From an uncultured virus (IMG/VR IMGVR_UViG_3300009074_000003) (taxonomy: Duplodnaviria > Heunggongvirae > Uroviricota > Caudoviricetes), in the IMG/VR virus record IMGVR_UViG_3300009074_000003: a stretch of 64,000 bases of DNA, one strand, 5' to 3'. Both the position numbers and the translations under genes were made by a program. Shown in pieces: positions 29,083-38,559 of the stretch (the first letter of the stretch is position 1; the number at the start of each line of letters is the position of its first letter). The notes under the pieces are model-generated. The model saw only the letters and a list, made by a program, of their open reading frames with translations. It was not told the DNA's origin and did no database searches.

Positions 29083-29880
29083 ATGATTTCACTAATTAAA
29101 TTATTAAAAGAAGCTATAGCAGAGCCAAAGGCCATTATATTAGCAGGAGCACCAGGAGCTGGTAAAGGATACATTTTAAGAGGTTTAGATTTAGGTGGTA
29201 TAAAAATACTAAATGTAGATGATATTTATGTCCCCCTATTACAAAAAGCTAATGTAACATTAGATTTAAAAAATGCTACTCCTGAAGAAAGAAGTGAGCA
29301 AGCTAAACAAATGGCTGCTGCAAATAAACAATTTAAAGGAGATGTAGAAGCTACTATAGAAGGCAAAGAATCTTTTATTTTAGATGGAACAGGAGCTTCA
29401 TATAATCAAACTGCTAAATTAAAAAATGAATTAGAAGAAGCAGGATACAAAGTATTTATGCTTTATGTTTATACTGATTTAGAACGCTCACTATCTCAAA
29501 ACCAAGACAGATATGAAAAATCAGAAGGTAAAGATAGAAGTTTAGCACCTGCTATTGTAATGCGTACATGGAAAAGTGTAACAGATAATTTACCTAAATA
29601 TGCTGAATTATTTGGTAATAATTTTGTAGCTGTAGCCAATACATTAGATAATAGAATGCAAAATATAGATAAAATAATAAAAAAATATCTTACTCCATTT
29701 AAACCTGAAGGAACAAAACCAAAAACACCAAAAGAACAAGCTAAATCAGACGCTAGAAAGGCTAAAGATAAAGAAGAGATTCAAATTATGCTAGATGATG
29801 ATTTTGTATATGATGTAATTGAATATACAATGTCTAAAGAAGAAGCACAGATGCGAATAGGTAAATTCTTAAATTCATGA
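29083..29880 (+). CDS. P-loop kinase (zeta toxin/AAA_33-like)
   Basis: ILAGAPGAGKG, NVDD, ILDGTG and GYKVFMLYV; TATTTATA at 29059-29066. Confidence 0.8.
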   Translation: MISLIKLLKEAIAEPKAIILAGAPGAGKGYILRGLDLGGIKILNVDDIYVPLLQKANVTLDLKNATPEERSEQAKQMAAANKQFKGDVEATIEGKESFILDGTGASYNQTAKLKNELEEAGYKVFMLYVYTDLERSLSQNQDRYEKSEGKDRSLAPAIVMRTWKSVTDNLPKYAELFGNNFVAVANTLDNRMQNIDKIIKKYLTPFKPEGTKPKTPKEQAKSDARKAKDKEEIQIMLDDDFVYDVIEYTMSKEEAQMRIGKFLNS

Positions 29881-31883
29881 GTAAGGTAATAGCAGCATAT
29901 GGTGGTGGTTTTAAACCACCCACTAAAGGACATTTAGAAGTAGTTAAAAAAGCTTTAGAATCTCTTCCTGAAATAGATGAATTTATTATTTATGTTGGGA
30001 GTAAGGAAAGAAATGGGGTAAGTCAAGCTGAAGCTATTTTAATTTGGGATATATTTAAAAAATATCTCCCTATGAAAGTCAGAATTGAACCTGCAAAATC
30101 ACCAATTGGTGATATTGTTCGTTTAGGAAAAAATAACCCTGAGGATGAAGTTTATTTTATTATAGGAGGAAGAGAAGGAAGAGATGATGATTTAGAAGAT
30201 ATTGAAAATAGAACTAAAAACATAGAATCCGCTTATCCTAATATGAAAGTAAAAGTACAATTTACACAAGATAAAGGTATGAGTGGAACTAATGCTAGAA
30301 AAGCAGCAAAAATGTCAACTGATGAATTATCACCATTTCTACCTGATGAGTTAGATGATAGTGAAAAAGAAGAAGTATTTAATATCTTAAGACCAGTAAT
30401 TAAAGAAGAAATTACCAAACCCCAATTAGATTCAATTGAAAAATATGCTGATAGTTTATTTAATAAATTAGGAATTGATATTGAGTTTACAAAACATTTC
30501 TTAGATAGGGTAAATGATGAAAGAAATATTAAACCTATATCAGTACCAGAATTAGTAGGGATGTTTAAACGTTTACATAGAAAACACGGTAAACCTTTAT
30601 CCAAAATAGACGATGATTTTAATGCTGTTGTTAAGGATTTTAATAATAATATTAATATACCATTTGCTATAAATGTAACTGATGATGATATTGAAATGTA
30701 TGCCAAAACAGTAATGCGTAAAAAAGATTTCAAAACCTCAACTCCTGTTATTGCCCTTAATGAAAACGCTTCATATACTAAAGATATTAATCTTATTGAA
30801 AAATTAGCTCAACTAACTCAACATATGTTAGATAAAGGCATGAACATAGAACCTTTACCTAGTTTAGAATTTGTTAATGGTGATAGTGAAAATGCACGCG
30901 AATTTCTTGGTAAGACAGCGTATTATGACCCAAACACACAAACTATAGTATTATATACTGAAGGTAGACATCCTAAAGATATAGCGCGTAGTTACACTCA
31001 TGAAATGATTCACCACATTCAAAATTTAGAAGATAGATTAGGTAATATTACTACAACAAACACTCAAGAAGATGATGAGTTAAATGATATTGAAGCAGAA
31101 GCTAATTTAAAAGGCACAATGACATTTAGAAATTGGACTGATAGTTTAAATGAGGTTGTTGTAGGTAACAAAATTGAATGTGATAAGTGTGGTTGGAGTT
31201 GGAAAATAGCAGATGGTGGAGATGATTTATTTATATGTCATAAATGTGGGAACAATAATAAGCCTATAAATGAAGTAAAACCTTATAAACATAAACATGG
31301 TTTTGATGACAAATTAGGCAAAGATCCCTTTGGTTTAAACCAATTTGCTAGAGAAATAGCCGAAGGAGTTTTGATACCCGAAGAAGAGGTCGTATCTTCA
31401 CCCCCTATGGAATATAAAATATACTCAGACATGGATGGTGTGTTAACAGATTTTGACAAATCATTCGAAAAATACTCAAAAGGAATACCACCTAGAGAGT
31501 ATGAAAAGAAATTTGGTAAAGATGGTTTTTGGAAATTAATTGATGGTGAAGGTAAAGTTGGATTTTGGGTAGGAATGCCTTGGATGGAAGATGCTAAACA
31601 GTATTGGGATTATATTAAAGATTACGATGTAGAGTTATTATCTTCTCCATCTAGATCTGAAACATCAAGATTAGGTAAAAGATTATGGGTTAGAAATAAT
31701 ATGCCGGGCATTAAATTAACTTTAGCACAAGCTTATAATAAGAAAAATTATGCTGAACCTAATCATATATTAATTGATGATAGAGAATCAAATATAGAAC
31801 AATGGAAAGAAGCAGGTGGAATAGGCATATTACACACATCAGCAGCTGACACTATTAACCAACTTAAAGCATTAGGATTATGA
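29877..31883 (+). CDS. Multidomain protein: nucleotidyltransferase + unknown domain + HExxH zincin-like + Zn ribbon + HAD 5'(3')-nucleotidase-like
   Basis: GGFKPPTKGH...SGTNAR; FTKHFLDRVNDERN; HEMIHH; CDKC...CHKC; DMDGVLTDF...LIDD. Confidence 0.8.
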   Translation: MSKVIAAYGGGFKPPTKGHLEVVKKALESLPEIDEFIIYVGSKERNGVSQAEAILIWDIFKKYLPMKVRIEPAKSPIGDIVRLGKNNPEDEVYFIIGGREGRDDDLEDIENRTKNIESAYPNMKVKVQFTQDKGMSGTNARKAAKMSTDELSPFLPDELDDSEKEEVFNILRPVIKEEITKPQLDSIEKYADSLFNKLGIDIEFTKHFLDRVNDERNIKPISVPELVGMFKRLHRKHGKPLSKIDDDFNAVVKDFNNNINIPFAINVTDDDIEMYAKTVMRKKDFKTSTPVIALNENASYTKDINLIEKLAQLTQHMLDKGMNIEPLPSLEFVNGDSENAREFLGKTAYYDPNTQTIVLYTEGRHPKDIARSYTHEMIHHIQNLEDRLGNITTTNTQEDDELNDIEAEANLKGTMTFRNWTDSLNEVVVGNKIECDKCGWSWKIADGGDDLFICHKCGNNNKPINEVKPYKHKHGFDDKLGKDPFGLNQFAREIAEGVLIPEEEVVSSPPMEYKIYSDMDGVLTDFDKSFEKYSKGIPPREYEKKFGKDGFWKLIDGEGKVGFWVGMPWMEDAKQYWDYIKDYDVELLSSPSRSETSRLGKRLWVRNNMPGIKLTLAQAYNKKNYAEPNHILIDDRESNIEQWKEAGGIGILHTSAADTINQLKALGL

Positions 31884-32092
31884 GTAAATTAAATACACTA
31901 GCTGGGGGATATAAGGGGGGATCACCAAGATTAAGAAGTAATAATACTCCAAAACCCTTTATTGGAGACCCACCAAAACAGGTAGATGTAGAACAATTAT
32001 CAAATTATCTTAAACAATTATATAGTGGGGGTAATTTATCAAAAGAAGGTGTACAAGTTATTATTAAAGAATTAAATAAATTAGTTTTATGA
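31880..32092 (+). CDS. Hypothetical protein
   Basis: 70 aa, ATGA-coupled on both sides. Confidence 0.55.
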   Translation: MSKLNTLAGGYKGGSPRLRSNNTPKPFIGDPPKQVDVEQLSNYLKQLYSGGNLSKEGVQVIIKELNKLVL

Positions 32093-32664
32093 GTAAAGTA
32101 CAAGGTCTAAATAAACAATTTACTGAAAGAGATGTAAATAGAATGCGTAACCTTATCCAAGGAAAACACGGTGAAAAAGTAGGTCAGAGTGTGGGTTATG
32201 CTAAACATGATAAAGATTATAAAGAAGGTGATGTTTGGGAAGTAGATGGTAGGATGTGGACTATTAAAGAAGGTATTAAACAAAATATTACCAAATTAGA
32301 TAAAGCAAAAAAAGCACACATAATGCCTATTTTTTGCCCTAATTGTGGGTCTAAAATGCATACAGATTTAGATAAACCCTACTACAATATACATAAAAAA
32401 TGTTTTAATTGTGTTGTTGAGTTTGAACATCATTTAAGAGTAGCAGGTTTATATGAAGCTTATGAGTCTAAAATCATCAACTCAGAAATAGATAATTTTG
32501 TTAATGAATTTAAAGCTTATATAGAAGCTGAGTTAGTATTATCTAATAAAGGTTTTATTACAGAACAGGGCGATGTTGAAAGTTGGGTAGGGGCTCCTAA
32601 TAAATCAAAAGTATTAGAAGGATTAAATAAAACTATCGAACATTTAAATAATCTTAAAAAGTAA
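32089..32664 (+). CDS. Hypothetical Zn-ribbon protein
   Basis: CPNC...CFNC. Confidence 0.7.
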   Translation: MSKVQGLNKQFTERDVNRMRNLIQGKHGEKVGQSVGYAKHDKDYKEGDVWEVDGRMWTIKEGIKQNITKLDKAKKAHIMPIFCPNCGSKMHTDLDKPYYNIHKKCFNCVVEFEHHLRVAGLYEAYESKIINSEIDNFVNEFKAYIEAELVLSNKGFITEQGDVESWVGAPNKSKVLEGLNKTIEHLNNLKK

Positions 32665-32695
32665 CATATTTTTATATATTTATAACTAAAAATCA

Positions 32696-34243
32696 ATGGA
32701 TAATTTTAATATCACTAAGTGGAATAGAAACCGCTATCTTAATGAAGGTCAAATAGACGAATATGGGGAATATAGATCTCGAGAAATAGAATTAGGAAAA
32801 GAATTAGATTCTCAATTTAATGATTATAACCCTAACATTTCATTACAAATGTATAGTGGTGACAGACCAGATTCAGACCCATTAAAAGGCAAAGGCTTTG
32901 GTTCTATAACATTTAGTGTTAGAGAAGAACTTGATCCTAATGATTGGAATAAAGCATTAAAGTGGGTAGAATCTAAAGGATTTGAAATAGAATCAGAATC
33001 TAATTGGTATGAAATGGAATATGATGGAGATAGAGCATGGTACCCAAAAATAAAATTTCAATTTAATGTAGCAGATTTTCCAATCAACGAAGGGATGAGT
33101 AAAGCAGGCATCAAAAAACAAATCAAAGATGCAGAAGAAATATTAGATAGTGGTGAAGCTAATGGTGAACCTTTAACTTCTGAAACAGAAATGTTAGTAC
33201 AGAAAGAACTTAAAAGACTACTTTCACTATACAAATCAGTTAACGAAATGGATATAAATGACCCAGTACTCGTAAAAATAAGAGCTGCTAAAGATAGAAC
33301 TGATAAAATACTATCCCAACCTAAATCAGATTTCGGTAAAGAATATGGTGATGCTGTTAAAAAAGCTCGTGGTGGTAATAATAATGATACTAAACTTAGA
33401 TTTCTTAAGAAAGAAAGAGATCAATTAATGCGTGATATGGAGCAAGAAGCTGAACCAGAAGGTGGACCAATTGCTGATGAATATGGTAGTAAACTAAACC
33501 GTATAGATAATGCAATTGCTAAACTATCAGGTAGAAAAGAAATGACTTATGACCAAGCAATAGCTGAAGGTAAAAAAATAGGAAAAAATTCATATAAAAC
33601 TAGAACTGCTATAAACACAGCACCTGGAAAAACAGAAGATAAAGAAGTAATAATTGATAACATAAGTGATCTTGATAATGTTACTATTAGATGGAGAGGA
33701 ACTAACCATCATGGTAATAAAACACTTACAAATTTAAAATTTAAACAAGAATCTAAAGGTGATGATGATTTAATGGCAATATCAAATGATGATAAATGGC
33801 TATTTATAGTAGATAGGGATGACGACACAGGGGAGATAGATTGGAATACTTTAATCGTAGATAGTAGAGAATTAGAACAAGACGATGGTAGCTATGCCGT
33901 AGATTCTGAAGATAGAATAAATACTAAAGAATCAATAGATGAAAGTGCTTCAACAGAAGAAAAAAGAATTGCCTTACGTGCTATTAAAAGTATAGCTAAG
34001 TATAGAGGTGTTAGTGAAGATGAAGCAAAACGAGATCTTACTAGAGCAATTGAACAGTTAGGTAGTTTAAAAGAAGCAATTAAAGATATTAAAGAAACTA
34101 CTGAATTAGGAAAAAATCTAACTGAAGAACTTTGTGCTAAAGGTAAAGCATATAGAAAGAAAAGAATGGCAGCTGGTGAGAAATCATCTGCTTACTTGAA
34201 TGGTCGTGCTGTTAAAGTATGTAAAGGTCAAATGAAAGGGTAG
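32696..34243 (+). CDS. Modular putative capsid-internal protein
   Basis: MDNFNITKW leader, many (L/I/V)xE junctions, basic C-terminal module; TATTTATA at 32677-32684. Confidence 0.65.
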   Translation: MDNFNITKWNRNRYLNEGQIDEYGEYRSREIELGKELDSQFNDYNPNISLQMYSGDRPDSDPLKGKGFGSITFSVREELDPNDWNKALKWVESKGFEIESESNWYEMEYDGDRAWYPKIKFQFNVADFPINEGMSKAGIKKQIKDAEEILDSGEANGEPLTSETEMLVQKELKRLLSLYKSVNEMDINDPVLVKIRAAKDRTDKILSQPKSDFGKEYGDAVKKARGGNNNDTKLRFLKKERDQLMRDMEQEAEPEGGPIADEYGSKLNRIDNAIAKLSGRKEMTYDQAIAEGKKIGKNSYKTRTAINTAPGKTEDKEVIIDNISDLDNVTIRWRGTNHHGNKTLTNLKFKQESKGDDDLMAISNDDKWLFIVDRDDDTGEIDWNTLIVDSRELEQDDGSYAVDSEDRINTKESIDESASTEEKRIALRAIKSIAKYRGVSEDEAKRDLTRAIEQLGSLKEAIKDIKETTELGKNLTEELCAKGKAYRKKRMAAGEKSSAYLNGRAVKVCKGQMKG

Positions 34244-34244
34244 T

Positions 34245-34781
34245 ATGAAAGATTTAAAAATAATACAAGAATTTTTTTCTAAACCTATCTATGAAAATGA
34301 AATAGATAGTTTAGGTGATGCTTTAGCTGATGAAATAAAAGATACCTTAGAAGATAAAAAAGATGAATTAAAAGAAATAGTTGATCCTATAACAATTTTA
34401 TCTACAGTATTAGCTAGCACAACATTAATCAACATTATAGCTAAATTCTCAGGTAAAATATTTAAAAAATATAATTTTGGTAAAGGTGAAGAAGCAGCTA
34501 AAAAAATCTATGATTTTACTCATAAATTAGAACAAGATTTTAAGGGACCCATTAAACGTGTAGTTTCATTATTTTCTAAAGATCCAAAAACAATAAAATT
34601 GGTAACTGATGGTTTATATGCTTTATTAATTTTAAGTTTAGGTGTTAAAGCCGGTAGTGGAGCAGTACAAAGTTTATCAAAAGGTAATATAGCATCAGGA
34701 ACCATTAGTGGTTTAAAGGCAGCTTTAAAAGGTAAAGATTTAACTACACTAATTAAAGATATAGCAGGAGCAGTAACATGA
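34245..34781 (+). CDS. Hypothetical protein with hydrophobic helices
   Basis: 178-aa ORF; acidic leader ending LKE, then amphipathic/hydrophobic helices. Confidence 0.6.
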   Translation: MKDLKIIQEFFSKPIYENEIDSLGDALADEIKDTLEDKKDELKEIVDPITILSTVLASTTLINIIAKFSGKIFKKYNFGKGEEAAKKIYDFTHKLEQDFKGPIKRVVSLFSKDPKTIKLVTDGLYALLILSLGVKAGSGAVQSLSKGNIASGTISGLKAALKGKDLTTLIKDIAGAVT

Positions 34782-35068
34782 TAACAGAAGAAAGAGTATA
34801 TGAAATAGTTAAAGAATCCTTACGTGATTGGTTTAAAAAAGAAAATTGGGTAAGAATTAACACATCAGGTAATATTGCAGGTGATTGTGGTACTATGAAA
34901 AAAGGAAAGGCCACTACCAGATGTTTACCTAAGAAAAAAGCTCAATCTTTGTCAAAATCAGAAAGAAAATCTACAGTTGCTAAGAAAGTTAGGGGTAGTA
35001 AAAAAGGAAAACAATTTGTAAAAAATACAAAGTCCGCAAAATATCGAAAAGGAACGTATGAGAAATAA
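34778..35068 (+). CDS. Small basic protein (putative capsid-internal DNA-binding protein)
   Basis: VKE then SLRDWFKKENWV..CG..CLP; Lys/Arg-rich. Confidence 0.65.
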   Translation: MITEERVYEIVKESLRDWFKKENWVRINTSGNIAGDCGTMKKGKATTRCLPKKKAQSLSKSERKSTVAKKVRGSKKGKQFVKNTKSAKYRKGTYEK

Positions 35069-35116
35069 TTTTTACATATTTATAATAAAATTAATCAACA
35101 GAAAAATACAAATATA

Positions 35117-35779
35117 ATGAAAAAATCGGAATTAAAAGAAATCATCAAAAGTCAGTTTTTAGCTGAAGCTGATGACTCTAAAAAAGGAAACAGCGAAGAA
35201 CAAAAACGAATGGAAGGTGCCATTCGTGATGATAGAGATCACATTAAAAATCTTGAAAAAGACATTAAAGATAACGAAGAAAAATTAGCTAAATTAAAGA
35301 AAGACTTTAAAAAAGATGTTAATGAAGCTGAGGATGTTGATGTTGAAGATAATGAAGATATTGATGTTGAAGATAATGAAGATATTGATGTAGATATTGA
35401 AGATGATGTTAACATTGATGATGAATCATCCAAATCAGAAATTGAAGTTGATTCAGAATTAGCAGGTGAAGATTCTGATGTAGCAGCTATATTAGGTCTT
35501 TTAACTAAGGCACAAGAAGAAGCTAAAGGTTTAGGAGATGAAAAACTATTAGACCAAATAGGAAATACAATTACTTATTATACTAGAGCACACGTTGTAG
35601 CTACTAATGAAGAACAAGGAATGGATCCTGAAAGATTCGTAGGTTCGGGTGGTGATGAAGTTGATTCTGATAGTATAGTTAATGTAACAAAAGACAACCC
35701 AGCTGAAGATGCTGAGATTGGATTTGCATTAGATGAGTCAATTCAAAGATTTGCTAAATTAGCAGGATTAGAAAAATAA
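35117..35779 (+). CDS. Acidic scaffold-like protein
   Basis: MKKSELKEIIK leader, DVEDNEDI repeat, C-terminal RFAKLAGL similar to the scaffold C-terminus; TATTTATA at 35077-35084. Confidence 0.7.
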   Translation: MKKSELKEIIKSQFLAEADDSKKGNSEEQKRMEGAIRDDRDHIKNLEKDIKDNEEKLAKLKKDFKKDVNEAEDVDVEDNEDIDVEDNEDIDVDIEDDVNIDDESSKSEIEVDSELAGEDSDVAAILGLLTKAQEEAKGLGDEKLLDQIGNTITYYTRAHVVATNEEQGMDPERFVGSGGDEVDSDSIVNVTKDNPAEDAEIGFALDESIQRFAKLAGLEK

Positions 35780-35814
35780 ATAAAAACAGTTATTAACAAA
35801 TAAAATTTATAAAA

Positions 35815-35970
35815 ATGGACACAAAAGAATTATTAGAAGGAATTAAAGAACAAGTATTATTAATTGAAGCAGAATTAGAAAAAACAAGTGCTGCCGCAAA
35901 GGGTAGATGTAGATCTGCTGCCAATAAAATTAAAAACTTATCTGCTGATTTCAAAAGAAACCATAAATAG
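35815..35970 (+). CDS. Histone H1-like (Hc1-like) small protein, 51 aa (not in ORF track)
   Basis: MDTKELLEGIKEQVLLIEAELEKTSAAAKGRCRSAANKIKNLSADFKRNHK*; matches the AAxxRxR...F(K/R) pattern of Bacteroidota Hc1-like proteins. Confidence 0.7.
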   Translation: MDTKELLEGIKEQVLLIEAELEKTSAAAKGRCRSAANKIKNLSADFKRNHK

Positions 35971-35972
35971 GA

Positions 35973-38117
35973 ATGAACGAGCGTAAACTGTCAAAAGCAG
36001 AACTCAAAAAGAGGGAAGATATTATCATGAATATGAAAGGTAACAAACGTGACCTTGTTAAAAAATATGGTAAAGATGCTGAGGCAGTTATGTATGGACG
36101 TGCAACTAATATGGCTAAAAAACAAACAAAAGAAATGAGAGATCCTAATTTAACAGAGTTGATTAAAGATGCATTAAAAAACCCATCAAAAGCAGATTTA
36201 AATAAGGATGGAAAGCTATCAGATTATGAAAAAACTAGGGGGGCTGCTATTGAAAAAAACATAAAAGAATTAGACTCATCAATTCCGTTGGGAAAAGATT
36301 TTACTTATGATTATGAAGATATAGGTCAATTTTATTTAGAAGGTTTTGGTAGACCACACTCATTAAATAATAGTGAATTAGAAGCATTAGGTAAGCAAAT
36401 TGTTGGTAGACTATATGGTGGTAACATTAGTAAAGCCTATGATGATTTAAAAAATAAAGGTAAAATGAATGAAGTAGAATTACCTACATCAATTATCCAG
36501 AAATTTGCTAATGAAATTAAGGACCCCCAAGGATTTGCAAAAGCAATGCTTGGGATTTTTAATTCTATACAAGATAAAGAACAAAAAGATTATTCTAAAA
36601 ATCAAAAATTTGGAAGAGTACTTAGTTATTTAAAAGATATAGCCGATAGTGAAGCTGAAGAAATAAATGAAGCACCAGGAACAACATTAGATTTATCTCA
36701 AGATGATATGGATAAACTTCATCAAAGTGGTAAATTAGAACTTGATGGTCATAAACTTTTATATAAAGTAAAAGAAGATATTGATTTAGGTCATGAAGAT
36801 AATGAACCTGGAATGCTTAAAGCAGAGCTTTACCATATTGGTAGTTATGCTATGGAATTATATAAAATGATGGATGATTTAGAAGGTATGGGAGAAATTG
36901 ATTTCCCTGCTTGGTGGCAATCAAAAATCACAACAGCTAAAAATAATATATCAGGAGCTAAACATTATCTTGAATTTGAACTTAAAGAACCTAAAATTGA
37001 TGCCGTAGTTGATGTAGCTACAGACGTAGTAGATGAAGAAATAGGCCAACTAGGCACAGATGGTGATACAGGATTTCAAGCGTCATTATACACACCAAAC
37101 GAATTAGGTGATGCATCAGTAGGAAGAGAATATGCATCAGGAGCATTTGAGGAAAGTAAAAAACCAATAGAAGAAGCAATGAATATGAATAAATGGCGCC
37201 GCGCCTACAACGGAAAAGCATTTGCTAAAAAAACAGTATATTTAACAGATTATAATAATAATAAAAAGAGATATACTATTTATTTTAAATATAAGGAAAC
37301 ACCATCTAAAGATGTTGTATCACTTAAAGAATCTCATTATGGTAATCATGAAGGTAGTGGAATGGCATTTGCAATGTCTAATTTACAAAACAAACCAGTA
37401 TATCAATTTACATCTGATGATAAATTTGAGTGGGACAATGAAGAAGAATTTGATGCTTGGGTAGCAGAAGGACCTAAAGGTTTAGAAAGTTTACTAAGCT
37501 TTTTCTTAGGTGGTAGAAATGTTGATGATGCTATTAAATCTTGGTTTGACACAGGTGTTACTGATAAAAGTAAATTAAAAATAGGACCTGCAGAATATTA
37601 TCCAGATGCAGCCGTAAATGAATCTACTTCTAAACATAGTTCAATAGCAGAAAAATTAGCTAAAGAGTTAAAAGAAGGTTTACCTAAAGGATTTTGGGAT
37701 AAAAAAATCGATGCTAAAGATGAAGACCAAGATGGTAAAATAGATGAAGACTTAAAAGGTCTAATGGCACAGGGAGAAAAAATAGCTGCATTTGCTAATA
37801 AGCAAAGTGGGTATGAAGGGGGTGTATCTTCACCTGTAAGAGGTGTTTTAGCAGCTATGGCAGCAGCGGGTGCACCTGATTTTGATGGTGATGATGAAAT
37901 GGTAAGTTATTATACTAGAAAATTAACTAAAGCTATTGAAACTCAAAAAGGTAAAAAATATATGAGTGGTTTTTCTATTGATGAATCATACGATACTTTA
38001 GTTAATAAAATTAAAAAACAAGGTAAATCTAGTAAGGCAGCTAAAGCAATTGCAGGTGCAGTAGCATCATATAAAGCAAAAGGCGGAGGTAAAGGCCCAA
38101 CAGCAAAACAAAAATAA
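35973..38117 (+). CDS. Modular putative capsid-internal polyprotein
   Basis: Short modules separated by IKE/MNE/INE/VKE/VNE/LKE/IDE; EF-hand-like DLNKDGKLSDYE; basic termini. Confidence 0.65.
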   Translation: MNERKLSKAELKKREDIIMNMKGNKRDLVKKYGKDAEAVMYGRATNMAKKQTKEMRDPNLTELIKDALKNPSKADLNKDGKLSDYEKTRGAAIEKNIKELDSSIPLGKDFTYDYEDIGQFYLEGFGRPHSLNNSELEALGKQIVGRLYGGNISKAYDDLKNKGKMNEVELPTSIIQKFANEIKDPQGFAKAMLGIFNSIQDKEQKDYSKNQKFGRVLSYLKDIADSEAEEINEAPGTTLDLSQDDMDKLHQSGKLELDGHKLLYKVKEDIDLGHEDNEPGMLKAELYHIGSYAMELYKMMDDLEGMGEIDFPAWWQSKITTAKNNISGAKHYLEFELKEPKIDAVVDVATDVVDEEIGQLGTDGDTGFQASLYTPNELGDASVGREYASGAFEESKKPIEEAMNMNKWRRAYNGKAFAKKTVYLTDYNNNKKRYTIYFKYKETPSKDVVSLKESHYGNHEGSGMAFAMSNLQNKPVYQFTSDDKFEWDNEEEFDAWVAEGPKGLESLLSFFLGGRNVDDAIKSWFDTGVTDKSKLKIGPAEYYPDAAVNESTSKHSSIAEKLAKELKEGLPKGFWDKKIDAKDEDQDGKIDEDLKGLMAQGEKIAAFANKQSGYEGGVSSPVRGVLAAMAAAGAPDFDGDDEMVSYYTRKLTKAIETQKGKKYMSGFSIDESYDTLVNKIKKQGKSSKAAKAIAGAVASYKAKGGGKGPTAKQK

Positions 38118-38118
38118 C

Positions 38119-38559
38119 ATGACATCAGCAGAATTAAGGGAAAAGATAAGATTACTTGTCCCAACTGTTGTTGGTAACAAGAAACAAGCAGAAGCAGCTG
38201 CTGTGGAATATGATGAATTAACAAAATTCCCAGAGTTAAAAGCTATTATTGTTGACTTGTTAACTCATGAATTTGATTCTTTTTTATCATCAATTGATTG
38301 GGTTGCCCCAAAACCATCAACTTTTAGAATAAATTTAAAAAATGATCAAGCTTTTTATTTAACATACTCAAGAACAAGTTGGGTAGCTCAAGTAGAAGGT
38401 AAAAGATATTACTTATTAAATCTACCAGAAGAAGAAAGAGCAACAGAAGCTATTGCACGTATTTTAAGATATGGTGTAAAGGCTGACACTGATGCTGTTG
38501 AAGGTGGTGGAGAAGATGTAGATGTGGAGGTAGATGATAACGTTGATATAGACATATAA
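38119..38559 (+). CDS. Hypothetical protein
   Basis: 146 aa, acidic tail. Confidence 0.65.
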   Translation: MTSAELREKIRLLVPTVVGNKKQAEAAAVEYDELTKFPELKAIIVDLLTHEFDSFLSSIDWVAPKPSTFRINLKNDQAFYLTYSRTSWVAQVEGKRYYLLNLPEEERATEAIARILRYGVKADTDAVEGGGEDVDVEVDDNVDIDI

